A stretch of DNA of 64,000 nucleotides from an uncultured Chloroflexota bacterium (GTDB lineage Bacteria > Chloroflexota > Chloroflexia > Chloroflexales > Roseiflexaceae): NCBI GenBank assembly GCA_937876225.1, contig CALFIC010000078.1:20402-84401 (forward strand), written 5' to 3'. The notes under the pieces were generated by a model. The model did no database searches. It was not told where the DNA came from and saw only the letters and a program-made list of their open reading frames with translations. Within the stretch, counting starts at the first letter, position 1, and every line of letters starts with the position of its first letter. The translations under genes and the position numbers were made by a program. Of this stretch, positions 60,190 through 64,000 are shown piece after piece.

Positions 60190-60324
60190 AACGGACTCCT
60201 CAGTTAGGACATACTTTACTACAGGTAGTGTACTACCATATGACGCAGACAACAATCGGATTTTATGACGAAGTAATTACAAGAATTACATCTTTGATGT
60301 GCGGTATATACATTGAGGTGAGCG

Positions 60325-61341
60325 ATGCCAGAAGATATTCGTAGCGTGATTCGTGCCGAGATGCAGGCTGTATTCCCAACGTACATTGCAGAACTTGCTC
60401 CTTTTTATGGGATGCAAGAATATCATTTGGGGTGGCGCAATCAATCGTTACAGCCGGAATTTTCAGATCCCGGTAAATTATTACGTCCAATCATGACCAT
60501 CATGGCCTGTCAAATGATGGGTGGTGAAATGGCGCATGTACTGCCATTAGCTGCGGGAATCCAATTACTGCATGATTTTTCGTTGATTCATGACGATATC
60601 CAAGACGATAGCAATCTCCGCCGTGGTCGGACAACCTTGTGGTCGATTTGGGGCATGGCACAAGGAATCAATGCCGGTGATGGCATGTTTGTGTTGGCAC
60701 ATATGGCAATTCAACGGATGTACGATGCGGGAGTGCCTGCCGAGCGCGTGTTTCAGATATTGCGGCGCTTTGATCGGACGATTTTGTCGATTTGCGAAGG
60801 TCAGTACCTCGACATTAGTTTTGAAGGCAATCAACATATCAGTGAATCCGCCTATCTCGCAATGATTGAACGCAAAACAGCGGTATTGATTGCGGCCTGC
60901 GGCGAACTTGGCGCCTTGGCTGCGGGGGCGAGTGACCACGACGCAACGTTGCTCGGTCAATTTGGATTGCATCTCGGCTTGGCATTCCAAATGCAAGACG
61001 ACATCCTCGGGATATGGGGTTCTGCTGCCGAAACGGGCAAGCCTGACGCTGCTGACCTGCTCCGTCGCAAATTAAGCCTGCCCGTGATTTATACCTTGGC
61101 ACGTGAGCCAGTTGATGGTGCCTTGCATCAGCTCTATCAATTGCCCGCAGGGAATGATGCTGGTGTGGACGCCGCTCGTGCGGCGATGACCCAGTATGGA
61201 GCACACGAGGCTGTGACTGCCATGGCACAAGTACATTATGAAAAAGCAACTGCGGCGCTTAATCAAATTAGCGCACCAAATCCACGGATGCAACAAGAAT
61301 TACAAGCCCTTGCCGACGGGCTGTTGGGTCGGCGTGTCTAA
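60325..61341 (+). CDS. Polyprenyl diphosphate synthase (GGPP/long-chain type)
   Basis: 338 aa with the first Asp-rich motif LIHDDIQDDSNLRRGR and the second FQMQDDILG. Confidence 0.9.
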   Translation: MPEDIRSVIRAEMQAVFPTYIAELAPFYGMQEYHLGWRNQSLQPEFSDPGKLLRPIMTIMACQMMGGEMAHVLPLAAGIQLLHDFSLIHDDIQDDSNLRRGRTTLWSIWGMAQGINAGDGMFVLAHMAIQRMYDAGVPAERVFQILRRFDRTILSICEGQYLDISFEGNQHISESAYLAMIERKTAVLIAACGELGALAAGASDHDATLLGQFGLHLGLAFQMQDDILGIWGSAAETGKPDAADLLRRKLSLPVIYTLAREPVDGALHQLYQLPAGNDAGVDAARAAMTQYGAHEAVTAMAQVHYEKATAALNQISAPNPRMQQELQALADGLLGRRV

Positions 61342-61353
61342 GGAGGATGGGTT

Positions 61354-62523
61354 ATGCGAATCGTGATGATTAGTGCCGAATATCCACCGATGGCAGGTGG
61401 TGTGGGTGATTATACCCGCCGTTTGAACACGATGTTGACACACCAAGGTTACGAAGTGGCCGTGATTACGGGAAATCAAGGGCAGGCCTATCGTGATGCC
61501 GCTCGTATTTATCCGGTGCGGGTGCCGGTATGGAATGGAGCAGGGATCGCCTCGATACGCCAAACAATTAGCAAATTACAACCGGAAATCGTCCATATCC
61601 AGTACCAAACTGGGGCATATCAAATGAAAATCGCCATCAACACATTGCCGAGTGCTCTCAAACGCGAACGCCAAAAAGGGTTGCGGGTGGTGACCACGGC
61701 GCATGATTTGCTACCACCCTACCTCTTTCCAAAAGCAGATATGTTGCGCGATTGGTACACGAAGCGCATTATCCGCGATGCGGATGGGGCGATTCTGACC
61801 AATGCTGGCGATTATCATACCGTGATGAATGATTCCCGTGGCGCCTGGAATCCGCGCGCCGTATTTATTCCGATTGGTGCCAATGTCACACCGGCGCCGC
61901 CAGCGAATTTTGACCGTGAGATATGGCGGAATCAATTCAACATGCAAAAAGGTGATATGTTGTTGGCGTACTTTGGGTTGCTGAGCCATACCAAAGGCAT
62001 CGAAAACATCTTGGCTGCGATGGAACTATTGCCACCAACAACACGCTTGGTATTGATTGGTGGGATTGGCGAGCGCATCGAAGACCAAGCCTATGCCAAT
62101 TCGATTCGTCAATTGATTGCCCAAAAAGGACTACAAGAGCGCGTTGTCATGACAGGACATACCGAGGCGAGCGACGTGTCAGCCTATCTGATTGCTGCTG
62201 ATGCCGTGGTATTGCCCTTTACCGATGGCTATTCGTATCGCCGTGGGAGCTTGATTACCGCATTGGCACACGGCGTACCAGTGATTACCACCCATGCGCC
62301 AGCAGATATTCGTCAAGATCCGTTGCCCGAATTAATCGATGGCAAGCACGCCTTGTTGGTTGAACCCGAAAACACGGAACAATTGGTAATTGCGGTGCTC
62401 CGTCTTCAACAAGAGCCAGAATTGTGCCATAGACTTGCACGTAACGGACAAGCACTCACCGATGTATTTAGTTGGGAACGGATTGTGAGCAAACACGAAG
62501 CCCTCTACGCCGCTATTCGTTGA
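61354..62523 (+). CDS. Glycosyltransferase family 4 (GT-B fold)
   Basis: 389 aa, with AGGAGG upstream. The N-terminus is MRIVMISAEYPPMAGGVGDY and the C-terminal GT1-type domain contains LVEPENTEQL. Confidence 0.85.
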   Translation: MRIVMISAEYPPMAGGVGDYTRRLNTMLTHQGYEVAVITGNQGQAYRDAARIYPVRVPVWNGAGIASIRQTISKLQPEIVHIQYQTGAYQMKIAINTLPSALKRERQKGLRVVTTAHDLLPPYLFPKADMLRDWYTKRIIRDADGAILTNAGDYHTVMNDSRGAWNPRAVFIPIGANVTPAPPANFDREIWRNQFNMQKGDMLLAYFGLLSHTKGIENILAAMELLPPTTRLVLIGGIGERIEDQAYANSIRQLIAQKGLQERVVMTGHTEASDVSAYLIAADAVVLPFTDGYSYRRGSLITALAHGVPVITTHAPADIRQDPLPELIDGKHALLVEPENTEQLVIAVLRLQQEPELCHRLARNGQALTDVFSWERIVSKHEALYAAIR

Positions 62524-62624
62524 TAGTGGCAATAATCGCTCAGTCGATGTGCGGCCGTGCTTTGCGTAAATATTCGTAGCACATTTCGGACCCAATGACA
62601 AAAATCTGCATACACGGAATCATT

Positions 62625-62664
62625 GTGATGGCGCACCTTCCATTCCTGGAAGGTGCGCCATCAC
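62625..62664. other. 17-bp perfect GC-rich hairpin without a U-tract
   Basis: GTGATGGCGCACCTTCC-ATTCCT-GGAAGGTGCGCCATCAC. Position was verified against the frame of ORF 62595..62786. Confidence 0.5.
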
Positions 62665-62749
62665 GAGGATTCGTAGGCATCTCAATCAGCGAAAAAGGTA
62701 GGCAGTGCTTGCAAAAAAGCCTGATGTGGGCAAATGATTGTTACTGCTC

Positions 62750-62803
62750 CGAAAAACCACACGCGTTACCCACAAAAAAGTTGTAGAACCACGGTAACGC
62801 GTG
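62750..62803 (-). terminator. Terminator candidate after coaE
   Basis: CACGCGTTACC / GGTAACGCGTG 11-bp stem with a 22-nt loop. On the minus strand it is followed by TGGTTTTTCGG. Confidence 0.45.
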
Positions 62804-62819
62804 ACCGCCAATATTTTTT

Positions 62820-63443
62820 TTAATGATGCGGAAAAATAGCCTGCCAGTGTTGTTGTACCTGTAGTAATGTTGTTGCGATATCACCCTGATTGTCGATGAC
62901 CACATCTGCTACCGCTACTTTGTCGGCTTGGGGTGCTTGGGCATCGATGCGGGTGACGGCTTCGGCTGGCGTCATGTTGCGGGTGCGACACAAGCGCTCG
63001 ATTTGCTGGTCACGAGATGTCGTTACAACCCAAACCGCATTACAAATCGTCGGCCAGCCAGATTCGATGAGCTTGATGGCGTCGATGACCGCGACCACGG
63101 GGTGTTGCGGTGTGCCAGCTGGGAGCTCGGCGAGCCATTGTCTGATGTGCTTGTGGACGGCCGGGTGGATGAGTGCCTCGAGTGTGCGTAGTTTAGTGAC
63201 ATCGCTAAAGACGATTTCGCCCAGCGCCCGCCGATTAATCTGACCATCAGGTTGGAGAATGTGCGTCCCAAACGTTGTGACGATCGAATCATACACGGGT
63301 TGCCCGGGTTGTTGGAGTAAGCGGGTGACCTGGTCGGCATCGATGACATGGGCACCGAGGCGCTGCAGTTCAGCGACCACGGTGCTTTTGCCACAGGCAA
63401 TATTGCCGGTCAGGCCAATGATGTAGTTATACTTGTTCGACAT
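62820..63443 (-). CDS. coaE: Dephospho-CoA kinase
   Basis: Internal ATG (MSNKYNYIIGLTGNIACGKSTV) of ORF 62820..63479. It overlaps the upstream gene by 17 nt. Confidence 0.88.
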   Translation of the reverse strand: MSNKYNYIIGLTGNIACGKSTVVAELQRLGAHVIDADQVTRLLQQPGQPVYDSIVTTFGTHILQPDGQINRRALGEIVFSDVTKLRTLEALIHPAVHKHIRQWLAELPAGTPQHPVVAVIDAIKLIESGWPTICNAVWVVTTSRDQQIERLCRTRNMTPAEAVTRIDAQAPQADKVAVADVVIDNQGDIATTLLQVQQHWQAIFPHH

Positions 63444-64000
63444 ATTCTTGTTTGATGAGGCGGCTTTGGTCGATACCAAGCACGGCTAAAATTTCACTCA
63501 TGAGTTGTGCTTTGCGGGCCGCATCACGGCGGCTCCAGGTGCGGCTTTTGATTTCGAGGAACGGACCGGCATTTGCACCAGTGGTCAACGTATCAATATT
63601 GACGGCAAAGTCCATCTCTTGGTAGCTGACATGGGTACGCAAGCGCTCTTTGGTGATGGTAATCACGCGATTAGGCTGGAAGTATTCACGATAAAAACGC
63701 TCGCTATGGTTGGCTTGCGCCGTATAACGGGCGCGACTGATTTGGATTGCGGCAGTATGTTCGACCTGCACGGCGGGTTCGGTGAGGGTCAGCGTGTAAT
63801 ACGGTGACGATTTGTCAGTCGTATTGTGGCGTACATCTTCGCGGAAGCGGATGCGGCCATAGCTGGGGTCATTCCACAGGAAGTAGGTATCGTACTGGGT
63901 GCGACTATTTTGGCGGACGAAGGTAAATGGGTGCTCGTTGAGTCGTCCCAAAATCGTGCGTACATCGACACTACTGATTTGGGCTTTGACTTGGACTTCA
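63427..64000 (-). CDS. CYTH-domain protein (class IV adenylate cyclase / triphosphate tunnel metalloenzyme-like), 5' end beyond the right window edge
   Basis: The frame stays open from 63951 to the window end. My translation of the extension gives ...EVQVKAQISSVDVRTILGRLNEHPF, an ExExK-like CYTH start. FLEIKSRTW lies near the C-terminus. Confidence 0.55.
   Translation of the reverse strand, partial: EVQVKAQISSVDVRTILGRLNEHPFTFVRQNSRTQYDTYFLWNDPSYGRIRFREDVRHNTTDKSSPYYTLTLTEPAVQVEHTAAIQISRARYTAQANHSERFYREYFQPNRVITITKERLRTHVSYQEMDFAVNIDTLTTGANAGPFLEIKSRTWSRRDAARKAQLMSEILAVLGIDQSRLIKQEYVEQV

Noticed and set aside
62595-62786. 63-aa ORF in the GT4-coaE gap
   Set aside because: It has no RBS. The reading frame is largely made of the two hairpin elements, and the translation shows no recognisable features.
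1-64000. CRISPR arrays, IS elements, integrases, prophage genes, tRNA or rRNA genes
   Set aside because: I looked through all intergenic gaps longer than 100 nt and all ORFs. No repeat-spacer periodicity, transposase or integrase-like translation, or tRNA-like T-arm motif was seen. This was a scan by eye, so small or degenerate elements could have been missed.

Overview
About 50% GC bacterial chromosomal core region, densely coding. I support 51 CDS. They are mostly housekeeping genes: fhs, thrS, valS, mutS2, recN, hup, typA, murJ, dcd, rimO, coaE, lutABC, a gabT/aldehyde dehydrogenase operon, two heterodimeric ABC exporter pairs, oppDF-like ATPases, a P1B ATPase and LysM/M23/deacetylase cell-wall genes. 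I saw no rRNA, tRNA, CRISPR array, transposase, integrase or prophage genes. I cannot assign a taxon from sequence alone. Thr/Pro-rich linkers, many LysM proteins and a Wzy_C-TPR giant protein are compatible with a Chloroflexota-like organism, but that is only an impression. I did not find a convincing new multi-gene protein system. The features the gene list does not explain are non-coding and point to an origin-proximal replication/segregation neighbourhood. (1) A dense DnaA-box cluster with an adjacent AT-rich tract lies at 44.9-45.3 kb. No dnaA or dnaN is in the window, so this is a candidate oriC. (2) There are four perfect parS 16-mers: one intragenic at 2667 and three in a 1.13-kb ORF-free gap upstream of parAB-recN. 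Two of those three sit inside long perfect palindromes of 38 and 52 bp whose outer arms are unrelated in sequence. (3) A strongly G-depleted (C:G about 3:1) tract of roughly 550 bp lies between the parS sites. Smaller oddities are an 18-bp x5 in-frame tandem repeat in a LysM protein, an orphan CuA cupredoxin, an orphan BlaI/CopY repressor with operator-like repeats, an oppDF pair without permeases, and an SPC/HEGST P-type ATPase. All functional calls come from reading the translations and recalling motifs. No database search was run.
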